Positions 43,863 through 58,369 of a stretch of DNA of 64,000 bases are shown piece by piece (position 1 is the stretch's first letter; each line of letters opens with the position of its first letter). The notes below the pieces were generated by a model, which worked only from the letters and a program-made list of their open reading frames with translations, had not been told where the DNA came from and did no database searches. Source of the stretch: Eledone cirrhosa (Eukaryota). Made by a program: the position numbers and the translations under genes. The stretch is from the NCBI GenBank assembly GCA_964016885.1, contig OZ024762.1:26288001-26352000 (forward strand), given 5' to 3'.

Positions 43863-44171
43863 CAAATACCGGTCGTTCTCCGACAGGTTTGAGGTGGTAC
43901 CCTTGGCAGTGGAGACGTCTGGTGTCCTTGGCCCTTGGGCTACCTCCCTACTCACCACCATAGGCGCTGAGCTGGCCAGCCGCAGGTGTGAGCCTCGCGA
44001 GTTGGAATGGTTCTTCCAGCGCATCTCCGTTACCACCCTCCGGGGAAACGCCTTCTCCATTCTGTCCGCCGGGGCTGTGGGGAGGCCAGCAATATGATTC
44101 CTTAACCCTTTCACTACCATACTTGAATCTTATCATTTCCTCATACCAATATAACAGCTTTTTTATTTTAC
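43863..44171 (+). mobile_element. 5'-truncated CRE-like non-LTR element (RLE C-terminus)
   Basis: [42 protein letters not shown]. Candidate TSD ATATAGTTTG at 43853-43862 and 44172-44181. Confidence 0.75.
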
Positions 44172-44284
44172 ATATAGTTTGAATGAAGTTCAATTCAGGC
44201 CGTTGGATTGGGTTGAGTGTTGTTTTCTTGAGTGAAAAAATTAACTTCCTGTTGGTCCAGTATACTCAACTGAAAATTAGTACC

Positions 44285-44432
44285 AGCAATAGCTGAAAAT
44301 TTAACAATGCAATGGACTAGAGTCCTGTCCAGGATGGGTGGATGTGTTGAACTTTCAGTCGCTTCACTCCAAGGAAGCTGGCATAAAAATCAGCCTGATA
44401 AGCCTCCGGGCTCGAAACAAATTTTAGACTTC
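44285..44432 (+). mobile_element. 3' fragment of SINE family 2
   Basis: Similar to 1840-1990 and 49480-49920 in reverse orientation. Confidence 0.55.
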
Positions 44433-44907
44433 TTGTTACTAAATAATTAAACGATCGAACTACGGGCACAGCTGGAGAGTTTATCAGTAAAATTGTTCAC
44501 AAATATATCGAAATATCACAAGTGAGTAGTATACTGAGGCACCATGGGGATTCCTCGACAGCATTTCATTAGAAATGACAAGGACCTAAAGAATAACGAC
44601 AATATATATATATGTATTCATATATACATATATACCTCTTACACTTTCAACCTTTGCTGCCTGTAATTGTGTTCTCTCAAGCACAACATCTTTTTAACTC
44701 CTGACTCTCCACATGTTGCCTCTGACACTAACAACAATTATGCACCCTAAATGTTCTGAATGACTAGGATTTTAGTCACATGTTTAGACATTCCCTGTGC
44801 TCCCAAGAATCCAGACTTCCCTCCGGAAGAAACAATTGTCAACAAATACATGTTCTAAACTAAAAGTTGACCATTTTAACACTTTGTATATACATAAATA
44901 TATATAC

Positions 44908-44949
<42 letters not shown>

Positions 44950-45051
44950 GCATACACACATATATAAGGGTGTTTCAGTGTTTTTGTACAGAAATATGTC
45001 AGCATAAATGTATATTCCTATATGTATTTTGATGTTTGTCTAAATGCGTTT

Positions 45052-45215
<164 letters not shown>

Positions 45216-45240
45216 TATAATATATATTATATATATATAT

Positions 45241-45312
<72 letters not shown>

Positions 45313-45649
45313 GTGTGTATGTGTGAGGCTGTGTGTATACATGCACACGACACGGACACACATGCGAACCCTTGTATATGTTCAATCTCTTAAAGACACC
45401 CATGCCCATAACACACTTAAAAACACACACAAATGCACACCCTTATACTTACACAACCCCATGAACAGACATATATACCCATAAACACACATACACACAG
45501 CTATGCCCATAAACACACCTATACACACATACACGATTTACAATTATTCCTTCAAATTCCCCAAACGATATATAATCTATTTTTATTTCTTTGAAATAAT
45601 GACGGGAGGATAATAATAAACATAACTAACAATACCTCATATATATATG

Positions 45650-45817
<168 letters not shown>

Positions 45818-45930
45818 AATACATATATATATCATATATATAATATGCATTATAAATATATATATATATATACATATAATATGCATTATATATATATATA
45901 TATATAATATACATTATAAATATATATATG

Positions 45931-46006
<76 letters not shown>

Positions 46007-46037
46007 CATATACTTATATATATATATATATATTTAA

Positions 46038-46128
<91 letters not shown>

Positions 46129-46199
46129 TATACCCATATATATATATACATATCGATATATCTATATTATATATATACATATCCATATATATATATATA

Positions 46200-47335
46200 T
46201 AATAATAATAAACCACAATACTAAAATAACACTACCACTACCAGCACCACAACAAACAGAACAAGCAGCAACCACCACCACCACCACCTCAAACACAACA
46301 ACAACAACAACAGGCACAAAAGCAGCAGCACCACCACCACCACCACAACAACAACAACAACAACAACAAGAGGCACAAAAGCAGTAGCAACACCACCACC
46401 ACCACCACCACCACCACCACCAAAACCACCACCACAACAACAACAAGAGGCACCAAATCACCACCACCACCACCACCACCACAACCACAACAACAATAAC
46501 GACAACAAGAAGAGGCACCAAAGCAGCAGCAGCAGCACCACCACCACCACCACCACAACCACAACAACAACAACAACAACAAGAGACACCAAAGCACCAC
46601 CGCCACCACCACCACCACCACAACAACAACAACAACAACAACAATAGGCACCAAAGCACCACCACCACCACAACAACAACAACAAGAGACACCAAAGCAC
46701 CACCACAACCACCACCACAACCACCACCACAACAACAACAACAACAACAACAGACACCAACGCACCACCACTACCACCACAACCACAACAACAACAACAA
46801 CAACAAGAGGCAACAACAAGTGACACCACCACCACCACCACCACCACCACCACCACCACCACAACAACAACAACAACAGACACCAACGCACCACCACTAC
46901 CATCACAACCACAACAACAACAAGAGGCAACAACAAGTGACACCACCACCACCACAACAACAACAACAACAACAACAACAGAGACCAAAGCACCACCACC
47001 ACCACCACAACCACAACAACAACAACAACAAGAGGCAACAACAAGTGACACAACCACCACCACCACCACAACAACAACAACAACAACAACAGACACCAAA
47101 GCACCACCACCACCACCACCACAACCACAACAACAACAACAACAAGAGGCAACAACAAGTGACACCACCACCACCACCACAACAACAACAACAACAACAA
47201 CAAACACCAAAGCACCACCACCACCACAACCACAACAACAACAAGAGGCAACAACAAGTGACACCACCACCACCACCACCACCACCACAAAAACAACAAC
47301 AACAAGAGGCACAGCACACACAAGAAGAACAAAGA
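46200..47335. repeat. (CAA)/(CCA) compound minisatellite with higher-order unit
   Basis: Anchors CACCAAAGCACC and AAGAGGCAACAACAAGTGACAC alternate between trinucleotide runs. Confidence 0.9.
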
Positions 47336-47620
47336 GTTGGAGAATAGAAGTAATAACAATGTTTACGATTATAGCAATGTTAGACGACCATAAAAGACAA
47401 TAAGAAGCCGGTAACAAGTGAATAATCATTGATTCCTCAAACGCTTTTGTCAAGATAAATTTGGCTTAGAATTTTGTAATGCTCTTTCACTAAACTCTCT
47501 CTCTACAGCTTGCCTCCGTCAACGTGTGTGTATATGTGTATGTGTGTATGTATGTATATGTATGTGTGTACATGTGTATGTGTGTACATGTGTATGTATA
47601 TATATGTATATATACGTATA

Positions 47621-47662
<42 letters not shown>

Positions 47663-47824
47663 TATGAATGTATATATATATATGCATATATATGTATGTG
47701 CATACATATATGTATATATATGTATGTATATATATATATATACATTCATATTCATACATATATATATATATATACATATGAATATGAATGTATATATATA
47801 TGTATATATATGTATGTGTATATA

Positions 47825-47855
<31 letters not shown>

Positions 47856-48055
47856 TCATATTCATACATATATATATATATATATATATGAATATGAATG
47901 TATATATATATATATATACATACATATATATAAATATATGAATATGAATGTATATATATGTATATATATGTATGTATATATATATGTATATAGATATATA
48001 TGTATATATCTATATATATATGTGTATATATCTATATATATATACATATATATAC

Positions 48056-48156
<101 letters not shown>

Positions 48157-48161
48157 TATAC

Positions 48162-48324
<163 letters not shown>

Positions 48325-48424
48325 CCTCAAACGAAGGAGAACGGCCGATGACAATATCCTTCAAAGAAAAACGATAATAATAATAAAAAAACCCGAACGT
48401 ATTATTGAATGAAATGAAAATATT

Positions 48425-48606
48425 TTGGCAGAATCGGTGGAGGGTCGGACGCCATGCTTTCCAGCATAGAGTTACGGCCCTTGCCGTTCTGAGTTCAAAT
48501 CCCGCCGAGCTTAACTTTGCCTTTCATCCGTGCGGGGTCGATAAATAAAGTACCAGTAATGTACTGGGTAATTGCTGGCCTTGTGCCAAAATTAGAAACT
48601 ATTATT
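48425..48606 (+). mobile_element. SINE family 1 copy
   Basis: Head, core and tail motifs are present. It runs into (CTA)n. Confidence 0.88.
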
Positions 48607-48609
48607 ATA

Positions 48610-49465
<856 letters not shown>

Positions 49466-49477
49466 TTGTTGCTGTCT

Positions 49478-50050
49478 TAAGCCAGAAGGCTCAACAGACC
49501 GGTGCTTATCCCGGTCTCCTGGTGGGAGGCAACTGAGAGTACAAGCCCCCCCCCCCCCGGACAGGATGCCAGTCCATCGTAGGGTTAAATTCTGTCTTGA
49601 ACCCATAGGTTCATCGTGAAGGTGCTCATCCTGGCTTCCTTGGCTTGAAGCCACTGAGAGTACAAGACTTTCCCCTGGACAGGAGGGTTAAAGTCCAGAG
49701 GTTCATCAGGCTGGTGAATATCCAGGTTTCCATGGCATGAAGCAATTGAGTAAGACTCCCTCCTGGACAGGACACCAGTCCACCGTAGGGTTAAAGTCTG
49801 TTTCAAGCTTGGAGGCTCATAAGGCTGGGGCTTATCCTGGTTTCTGTGGCATGAAGCGACAGAGTACATGACTTCCCCCTGGACAAGACACTAGTCCATC
49901 GCAGGGTTAAACCCCCAGCTATTGTTGGTACTCACTTTCACCTGAGTATACTGGAGCAACGTGAAATGAAGTGTTTTGCTCAAGAACACAACACACAACA
50001 CAGCCTTGATCGTAAGTTCAACACCGTTACCACTCGGCCACGTGCCTCCA
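49478..50050 (-). mobile_element. SINE family 2 copy with about four tandem duplications of its 3' module
   Basis: CORE-like segment at 49950-49995. Repeated ..GAAGCAACTGAGAGTACAAG..CCTGGACAGGA..CCAGTCCATCGTAGGGTTAAA modules. Confidence 0.75.
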
Positions 50051-50910
50051 CTAGACTATATCCTCCCACACGATTTGAAACCTTGTGCATTATATAAGAA
50101 ATTAATATGAAGAAAACTATATAAACAAGGGCGGTGGCCCGGTATGGCCTCAGCCGGATGGCTGGAACAGGTAAAAGAGTAAGGGTTGAACAATGAAAAC
50201 GAAAGGGGAAGATTGGTGCTTAATCAGTTCATTGTTTTACGATCGTTTTAGAAGTTTGATTGATTATCAGAAATGTGTATATGAACTAACACCGTTACCA
50301 CTAGGCCACATGCCTCCATGAATTCTATCGACTTGTATTTTATTGTATCGACCTGGAAAGGTGAAACGGTAAAGATGACCTTTGTGGGATTTGAACGCAG
50401 ACCGTAAAGAGGTGGAACTAATCCACTAATGCGCTAAAGCTGTAAATCATTTTGTTCGAATCCAACGCTTTATTGTTTCCTCCAATCCATTGCCCTTGTT
50501 ACTATTGAAAAAAAGATGATATATTGGAGGCAATAAACGCTTCTACATGGTCAAACCTGAAATGCTTGAGCAAAGAGGAAGTAGATAAAGAAAAATGTCA
50601 ACTGTGACAGGGAAATGAATTAATCCAAAGGATTGGTTATTTAATATTATTTTATTTTATTTATTTATTTACTTTTTTTTGTGGTGGGGTTGCTGCTCAA
50701 AACCCAAATCTTACTACCAGAAACTACGGTAAAATTCTATGAACAAAATATAAAATGTTAACAGCAGAATATACGGAGGTTGGAGAAAACCCATCAATCA
50801 CTTTATCTCTGGCTGTTCAGGCTTGGACAAAAGAGAATTTCTTTAAATTAACAGTTGAGATGGAGTTTTTAAAACAAGCGAATTCTAGGAACATTGTGTA
50901 AATTCTTGCG

Positions 50911-51155
50911 AAGGCGTGGTTTCGTAGTAGTGAGAGGATTGGATTCACAATGGTGAAGTTGTGAGTTCAATTCTCCCCGAACTTGGCGAAGCGTTGTGTC
51001 TTTCCACAAGACACTTTTTTTCCTGTTGTTCTTTCTACTGAGAGTTGTAACCGGTAGATAGTATCAGCGATGGAAAGACCAATGGAAATATTGTTTCCTT
51101 GGTCCAAATTGACGAGTTCCACCCCACTCTGTAAGCGAATGAGGTCTGGGATCCA
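50911..51155 (+). mobile_element. SINE family 2 variant
   Basis: tRNA-like head with GAGTTCAATT, a CORE-like segment, and the body GGAAAGACCAATGGAAATATTGTTTCCTTGG shared in reverse with 1400-1435 and 1630-1665. Confidence 0.65.
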
Positions 51156-51564
51156 GCGACGAGCGCTGCTGGATGAACATCGAAGGATTTGTGTTATATT
51201 TAGCTTTCAATAGCTGGATATACGCTTGCGGTCGCTACTCCATAAAAGTGAAAGCCGTACTCTGTATTAGAGCGGTTGTGCCTCACCGAAACATCCAACA
51301 GTAGTTGATATGATCGCCTTGCCATTAGTAGTATGAAGCAAATTCATAGTTACTTGATCATTTGCCCTATCTCCTGATCCGACATCCTGCTTACCAATGT
51401 CGTCGTTTAACCCAGTCAGGATTGGTTTGACAGATTGCCTATCAAGGCCAAAGAACTCTGTCCGCCCCGGCTTTGAAATCAGAGTGGTCCCTCTCCTAGA
51501 CAGATTGCCGACCAAGGGTACCAAATATACACTATATACACTATATACATATTTACACAATTTT

Positions 51565-51915
51565 GGGGTCGGATGCGTTGCTTGTCAGCATAGAGTTACG
51601 GCCCTTTATGGTTTGAGTTCAAATCCAGCTGAGGTTAAATTTGCCTATCATCCTTACGGGGTTGATAAACTAAAATACCAGTAATGTACTGGGATAATTG
51701 CTGGCATTGTGCCAAACGTAGAAACAATTATGTTGTGGTTTGGCAGTGGATTGGTAGTATTGGTAGAGAGTCAGGCACCATGCTTTTCAGCATAAAGTTA
51801 CGGCCCTTTATGTTCTGAGTTCAAATCCACCTTTCATCCTTACGGGGTCGATAAAATAAAGCACCAGTAATGCATTGGGGTGAAATTAGTAAATGCCTTG
51901 TGCCAAAATTAGTAA
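51565..51915 (+). mobile_element. Two tandem SINE family 1 copies
   Basis: Same motifs as the other family 1 copies. Confidence 0.82.
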
Positions 51916-52237
51916 AAAATTTTTAGTGGATTATTGGTGTGCTTTTGAATATTTATTTTAAAGGTGGGCGGTGGAAATGTTTTCCATGCGAAAGTGGGCG
52001 ATCATCCAAAAAACGTTACGAAACCTCTGGGTTAAAGTGAAACTTTTGCAAGATTCGGGTACTATTTCATACCGTCCCTTCCATTACTTATAATATTGTT
52101 GTTACTGTTGTTGCAGACGGAAGACTTAGACGTGTAGAAGTCATTCTTTCACAATCTTCACACACTGAAATGACATTAATCTGATATAATGCCACTTCGT
52201 CTCTCATTCGAATGTTTGGTCTTTCTAATTATCATTA

Positions 52238-52290
52238 TCCCCTATATGTCGGCCCTTGTGGCCAATAAACGAAACAATTATTATTACTAT
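52238..52290 (+). mobile_element. Short Tx1-type 3' remnant with (ATT)n tail, just upstream of copy D
   Basis: TCCCCTATATGTCGGCCCTTGTGGCCAATAAACGAAACAATTATTATT. Confidence 0.6.
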
Positions 52291-52562
52291 TAGTATTTAT
52301 CTATTTATTGCATTTCATTATTTTTATTTTTATTATTATTATTATTATTGAATGCCATGGTTGACGGAGGCTCGGCTCTGTAAGGTATAGTAATTTTTAA
52401 CCGTTAAAACAATTGTAAATTGTTTAAAACTTGAACCAAATTGTTGATAAAGACACCCTCCTCCTCGTGAGAGGGGTCTTTCTGTCCGTTATTTGGCCCT
52501 TCGGGGTTAAATAACCAGTTATTGGGGTTTTGTACCCAAAATTTCATTTTAAACAAAAAAAC

Positions 52563-54654
52563 ATGGCTACCAAAAAGAAATTTCATACGTCACTCCCACT
52601 CATTCCGTCTTCTTCTTCCTCAATCATCACTACAGCAGAGAGAAGATTGTCTCTCTCCCTCCCTTCTTTAAATGTGTCTCTCTCCCTCCCTTCTCTTTCG
52701 CAAGCGACGAAAGAAAAGAAAAGTCTCGTGCAAAGCGTGCAAGGTTTCTCCACGACGACGACGACAGCGACGAAACAGGTGTGCGGGAAATACGAAAACC
52801 CAGTTCATTCGTCTGACGTCAGGAATAATAGCAGTAGCAGCCGTAATAACAACAGCAACAGTGACAATGAAAACAACAGTAGCAGCCGCAACAGCATCAC
52901 CAGCAGCATAAACAACAACAGCATTAGCAGCAGCAACGCCAACAACAACCACAGCAACAGCGGCGGAGGCAGTAGTCGTAGTACCTGCAGCAACAACAAA
53001 AGTACCAGCAGCTCTGACGACAACAACAACAGCAGAGAAAAACCAATCTCATTTGCAGGTATTGCGAAAAACCTGGAAACAATCCTCATAACAAATGAGG
53101 AATTAGAGGAAGCGAAGAAGATGGTGACAAAGAACGGACACCGAGCAATCTGCAAGGCAGCGAAAAATTTTTTCGAAACCCAAGAGCACTGTACGGTCAC
53201 GTACCGTACAGTAAGTACAAAATCCCGTAGGGTGGAAAGAGCCACAGAGGCCCAAATACAAAAAGCCTTGGGGTCTGTGTGGCAGAGGAAAACGCACATC
53301 ACCCGAGGCAAAAAATACGCCACCGTAGACGTACTTTTTGCCACACCCCAGGAGGCAAAGGCCCAATCAGTAGTGACCCTAAGGAGCGAGGAAATGGTGT
53401 TGGTGCCCTCCTACTGCGGGCAAAAAAATTGTGAGGGTCAAACTGACCCACGTCCCCCCCGGAATGACCCCTTCTTGGCTGGCCGCGTCTGTCCTCGTCG
53501 GAATCGAGGACAAAACAACTGTACTGCAAGTACAGAAAAAAGTAAGAGAAGATTGGGTCGGCTCCTCCATTGAGATGCTAATCCAAACCAACCAGGAGTG
53601 CATCGAAGCTATCCCGGATGTGATAGACTTCGATAACGGCACTCAACTGCCCATAAGTGTTGAGGGCAAACGCCCGAAATGCTTTCGCTGTGGATCGAAG
53701 ACTCACCTCAGGGCCTTCTGCAACGAGAAGACCCTGAGAAAGGAGAAAACCCCCCTCCTCCCGAATCCGGTTCCACGGCTACCAGCAACAGGACAAGCGG
53801 CAACCAGGAACGATAGGTCCGTGGCACCCATACCCACTCCACGGAAATCAAAGACAGCAGCAGCAGTGGAAATATTAACAACAACAACAGCAATACCAAA
53901 TGCAGCTGCAACAGAGACTCCAGTGCAAACATCACCAACAACAACAAGTGAAAGAGTGGAGCTGGTACCCCTCCCCGACCTTACAGAATCAGACATGGAG
54001 TGTGAGGTGGGAGAGGGATGGCAAAAGGTCTCAAGAAGGCACAAACGCAGAAGCAGCGCATCGTCGCCTTTGAAAAGGGAGGAAAGAAATGAGAAAAGGG
54101 TAAAGTCTACTGCAAAGAGACCCACAGCAGCAACACCACCAACACCATCACCACCCACACCAGCACCACCATCACCACCGGCGACAACCCCACCGCCAAC
54201 AACACCTTCAACACCACAAGCACCAACATCGCAAACACAACAACAAAACACACACACCCAGCAACAACGACAAGAAAATAGCAGAACCACACCCCACCCC
54301 CAGAAAAACAAATGCACGGCAATAAACACACACAACAAGAAACTAATGACTTACATAATTGAACACACAGACATTTCACAACAGGACTACATAATACCAG
54401 CACCAATCAAAACGCCAACTAACATAAGACTGCTAAAAATAGCACAGAAACAATACACAAACATTAAAACGAAATTCCCCAACGCAGTTGGTGATTTCAG
54501 GGACCTAGGAGGAACCATTAATCGAAGAGTATATTCAGACATTCTCTTAGAAGAGCCGACGACCAGCCGAAGGGACGATTCAACGGTCCCTTCACCAGAC
54601 GATCAAGTGAAAAGGGATGTAAAAACCATCCCTCCTCTACCAAAAATACGGTAA
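52563..54654 (+). CDS. Tx1 D ORF1 (gag-like, CCHC knuckle), with a single extra A in a homopolymer
   Basis: The MATKKK.. frame and the 407-aa frame (CFRCGSKTHLRAFC) join at GGGCAAAAAAATTGTG (about 53418-53433). Copy E reads GGGCAGAAAATTGTG there. Confidence 0.82.
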
Positions 54655-54689
54655 GTGGTCTTTCCCATCGTTTCCACTCTATTTTAAAC

Positions 54690-57600
54690 ATGACCTCACT
54701 CAGAATAGGCAGCATAAATGCGCGTGGCTTGGGGTCGTCATGGAAGCAGGGTCACCTGCTCAACGACCTCAGGTCACTAAACATAGATGTAGTGGCCATC
54801 AGCGAGACCAGAATCTCCGAAGCACGGGCCTTCGCACCGATCTTCGGCGGCTACGATGTGTACGCATCTCCCAGCCGTCCTGGATCCGGTGGAGGAGTTG
54901 CTGTACTTTTTCGGAGAGGTTTGGATCTCGCCATACGGGCCATCTTCCTGGACCCAGAGGGTAAGCTGGTGGTGCTGGACGTGACCAGCGGAGACGGGCA
55001 ATCTTTCAGGCTAGTGGCCGTCTATGCCCCGACAGGAGCAGGGCGGCCTGATTTCTTCCGGCGTCTGGAGACCTTTCTTGGAACGTCCCGCTCTTTAGTG
55101 TTAGTGGGCGACTGGAACGGGATCTTAGATGCACGCTGGGACTGTGTGGGATTAGCGGATAGGGGTGGAGGGTGCAAAAGCCTCACCAACCTGCTCAGGC
55201 GTTTTGAACTGTCTGACAGGTACCGATTGGATTTCCCGAATGTGCCAATGTGGACTTGGACAAACCGCATAGGGTCATCCAGATCATATCTAGATAGAGT
55301 ATTTTGTAGGGAAATAGATAGGTCTAGCATAGGCTGTCCACAATTCAAGATAGTCAGCTACACGGACCACAAATTCGTGACCTGTGTGCTTGACTTAGAT
55401 AGGCTTCATAGACGAGGACCCGGCTACTGGAAGCTAAACGCGTCCTTACCAGCGCGCAAGGCCTACAGAGACCGGATTAGCGAACTAGTTAAGCGGGCGT
55501 TGACGGGGGCCATCGTCAACAACAAGTGGTGGTTTGCTCTGAAAAGAGCGATTAGAATAGAATCGATTAGGTTTAGTAAGGCTTTAGCAATAGAGAAAAA
55601 TAGAGCAGAGGGAGAACTAGTTAGAAAATTAGACGAGGCGCTTAGCAAAGGCATTGCGACCGACGTGCTTGCGGCGAAATTGGCCCTTGACCAATTCTTC
55701 AATGCAAAGCACGAAGGCTGCGTTGTCAGAGCTAGGGTGCGTGCTCTCAGACACGAGGGGACGAAAGCCGTTCAATGGGCCCGAGTGGCGGAGGCGCGTC
55801 GTGGCAACAAAGCCACGATCCGGTCTTTGGTGGACCACGACTGGCGCATGCTACTCGATCCCGGGCAAATGTGTGAAGCTTTTCAGCGACACTTCGCTCA
55901 GCTGTTCGGGGGCAGCGGGGGGCCGGGTAGAGGGATGGACTTTAGTGTCTACCTCGACGGGCTGCCGCGGCTCTCGGCCACTGAGGCGAGGTGTTGCGAA
56001 AAGCCGATAACAGCCGCTGAAGTACGGGAGGCAATGACTGGCTGCACAAGGGGTAAATCGCCTGGTTTGGATGGTCTGCCCTATGAACTTTACGTACAGA
56101 TGCCAGACTTGTTCGGAGGCCTCTTGGCGGACGTCTACTGCAACTGGCAACAGAACGGGAGAATTCCCAGTTCTGTGAGCCGAGGAGCGGTGGCACTGCT
56201 GAGAAAGGATCCGAACAAGGGGGATAACATAGACAATTTCCGGCCCATAACTCTGCTAAACACAGAGTTTAAGATTTTGGCCAAGGTGCTAGCAAAGAGG
56301 TTGGCGCTTGTCGTTGGTGGTCTGGTGGGAGAGGCGCAGACATGCGCCATTCCCGACAGATCCATCCACGACAACCTCCACCTCATGCGATACATCGTAG
56401 AGAGGGTAGCTAGGGAACCTGGCACGGGTGGGTCCTTGATCAATTTAGATCAGTCGAAAGCTTTCGATAGGGTCGACCATCGTTACCTAGCGGCAGTCCT
56501 GAGGGCGGCTGGCTTTGGGCCCGTCTTCAGAGGCTGGATCGCTGCCATGCACAGCGACATCTGCTCTGTGGTGAGAGTGAACGGTCACCTGTCGGAACCG
56601 TTCAACATCATGCGCTCGGTCCGCCAAGGATGTCCCCTCTCGTCCCTCTTGTACGTATTGACTCTCGAGCCATTACTGCACAAACTGGAGACGTTGAGGG
56701 GAGTCCCGCGCGAACTAGGATGCGGAAGATCCGTGTCAGCATATGCGGACGATGTCACCGTAGTGGTGTCGAACGCCAAACACATCGAGGCGATCGGCAC
56801 TACACTAAGAGAATACGAAGCGGTGACAGGAGCAATGATCAACCAGGAAAAGTCAGTGGGCCTGCAGCTCGGCACCTGGAGAGGCAGGTCCATGCCGTCC
56901 AACAGCGTCGTCGGGCGCTGGACGGACGGACCGGTTAAATTGCTAGGGGTCTGGTTCGGTCCGGACCTCCAGACGGACAAAAACTGGGACGAGGTGACGA
57001 GCAGGGTGGCTTCTCTCACCCAGAAATGGGCGGAGAGGAAGCTATCCCTGAAAGGTCGAGCGGAGGTGGCTAACGCGTACATCGCGTCTGTCATCTGCTA
57101 CCGCCTAACCGTCGTACCTTGTCCTAAGCCTCGCCTGACTGCGCTGGAGCGTTTGCTCTTTCGCTTTTTGTGGAAGGGACGTGCTCCGATGGTCAGGCGG
57201 TCCATCTGTTGTCAACACCCGCTACGTGGAGGGCTGGGCATGCCGTGGCTGATGATGCGCAGGCACGCGCTCAGGCTACGACATCTCCACCTCTTCCTCG
57301 ACGGTGATCAGGTGTGGTCGCCGTTTGCTAGACGCGTTTTTCCCCAGCTCGTTTCCTTGACGGAGCTGCAGTCCTGGGTCAAGCGAAGACCGAGAGGGAG
57401 CGCCTGGAGACTGGAATGTCTTCAGGCGCTCACAGCCCTCGACCAATCGGGCAATGTGATCGGTGGAAACTCCACCTCGGCGTTCTATAGAGGATTAGTG
57501 GAGGGGAAGAGCGACGACGTACTTGGGGAAACTCTAGGCGTCGACGAAAATCAACTAGCCAATCTCTTCGGAAGAACTTTCGGGCCGGGGCCTATGGACA

Positions 57601-58109
57601 ACTTCCAGAAATCTCTGGCCTGGCAGTGCTACCGAGGAGCCTTGCCAGTTCGGGATAAACTCTACAGGCATGGAGGTGCCGTCAGCCGGGCATGTCCGAG
57701 ATGCGCGCAGGGCGACGAAACCGTCCTGCACGCACTCGTCCAGTGTCCGAAAATTGCTGACTTGTGGGTTTATGTCGAACACCTGCTGTCGCGTTTAGGA
57801 CGGATCCAGCTATCATCTGAGTCTATCGTGAGGATTGCCCCGCCCTCCTCCTTTAGCCGGGAAGGGCAGGCAGTTTTTATCTGTCTGGTGGCCATGGCGA
57901 AAGAGATAGTATGGTGGACACGTTTGAAAGGGCTGAAGACGAGCACTTACCTCTTCGGTGATGCTCTGATTGACTTTTTCAAATTTCATTTGAAAAGGAA
58001 AATCAGAGTAGAGAGGGAAGTGCTCTCTTCCCAGCATTTTGTTGAAAGATGGGTGAGAGAAGCAAGAATGGCCCGAGTGAATGGGCCGACTCTGAGTATA
58101 TATCTGTAA
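54690..58109 (+). CDS. Tx1 D ORF2: APE endonuclease, reverse transcriptase and C-terminal zinc finger (1139 aa)
   Basis: Uninterrupted. APE motifs NARG, SETR, VYAP, GDWN, YLDR and TDHK; RT motifs KAFDRVDH, RQGCPLS and YADD; C-terminal CPRC..HAL..C. Confidence 0.97.
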   Translation: MTSLRIGSINARGLGSSWKQGHLLNDLRSLNIDVVAISETRISEARAFAPIFGGYDVYASPSRPGSGGGVAVLFRRGLDLAIRAIFLDPEGKLVVLDVTSGDGQSFRLVAVYAPTGAGRPDFFRRLETFLGTSRSLVLVGDWNGILDARWDCVGLADRGGGCKSLTNLLRRFELSDRYRLDFPNVPMWTWTNRIGSSRSYLDRVFCREIDRSSIGCPQFKIVSYTDHKFVTCVLDLDRLHRRGPGYWKLNASLPARKAYRDRISELVKRALTGAIVNNKWWFALKRAIRIESIRFSKALAIEKNRAEGELVRKLDEALSKGIATDVLAAKLALDQFFNAKHEGCVVRARVRALRHEGTKAVQWARVAEARRGNKATIRSLVDHDWRMLLDPGQMCEAFQRHFAQLFGGSGGPGRGMDFSVYLDGLPRLSATEARCCEKPITAAEVREAMTGCTRGKSPGLDGLPYELYVQMPDLFGGLLADVYCNWQQNGRIPSSVSRGAVALLRKDPNKGDNIDNFRPITLLNTEFKILAKVLAKRLALVVGGLVGEAQTCAIPDRSIHDNLHLMRYIVERVAREPGTGGSLINLDQSKAFDRVDHRYLAAVLRAAGFGPVFRGWIAAMHSDICSVVRVNGHLSEPFNIMRSVRQGCPLSSLLYVLTLEPLLHKLETLRGVPRELGCGRSVSAYADDVTVVVSNAKHIEAIGTTLREYEAVTGAMINQEKSVGLQLGTWRGRSMPSNSVVGRWTDGPVKLLGVWFGPDLQTDKNWDEVTSRVASLTQKWAERKLSLKGRAEVANAYIASVICYRLTVVPCPKPRLTALERLLFRFLWKGRAPMVRRSICCQHPLRGGLGMPWLMMRRHALRLRHLHLFLDGDQVWSPFARRVFPQLVSLTELQSWVKRRPRGSAWRLECLQALTALDQSGNVIGGNSTSAFYRGLVEGKSDDVLGETLGVDENQLANLFGRTFGPGPMDNFQKSLAWQCYRGALPVRDKLYRHGGAVSRACPRCAQGDETVLHALVQCPKIADLWVYVEHLLSRLGRIQLSSESIVRIAPPSSFSREGQAVFICLVAMAKEIVWWTRLKGLKTSTYLFGDALIDFFKFHLKRKIRVEREVLSSQHFVERWVREARMARVNGPTLSIYL

Positions 58110-58369
58110 ACTAAAGGTGGAAAACTGGGAGAGGGCACTTGCCTTGGTGGTCAGGGTCATTGTGGCTTTTTACTGGGCTTTCTCCACAAATGTCCCTCCG
58201 AAGTCTCCCCCCTATTGGGGAATTTTTCATTGTTATTTTCATTGTTATTTTTGTTACATCCTCTGTTTTTGTTTTTTTACACGCAGAAATGCCCATTTGT
58301 ACCGTCCTGCATTGTCCTGCACTGTCCTTAATGTCTACTTTATGTAAACCCTTGTGGTTAATAAAGAAA

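Noticed and set aside
44395-44418. CTGATAAGCCTCCGGGCTCGAAAC, resembling a hammerhead core
   Set aside because: This is the terminal stem-loop of SINE family 2. Stems I and III and a cleavage triplet cannot be formed.
47650-47950. Alternating GAATATGAATG / CATTCATATTC inverted motifs (similar at 2330-2830)
   Set aside because: Local inversion and slippage inside self-complementary (TA)n, or assembly noise. No evidence of function.
53418-53433. Programmed ribosomal frameshift in Tx1 D ORF1
   Set aside because: Copy E is in frame at this site, so a homopolymer indel is the simpler explanation.
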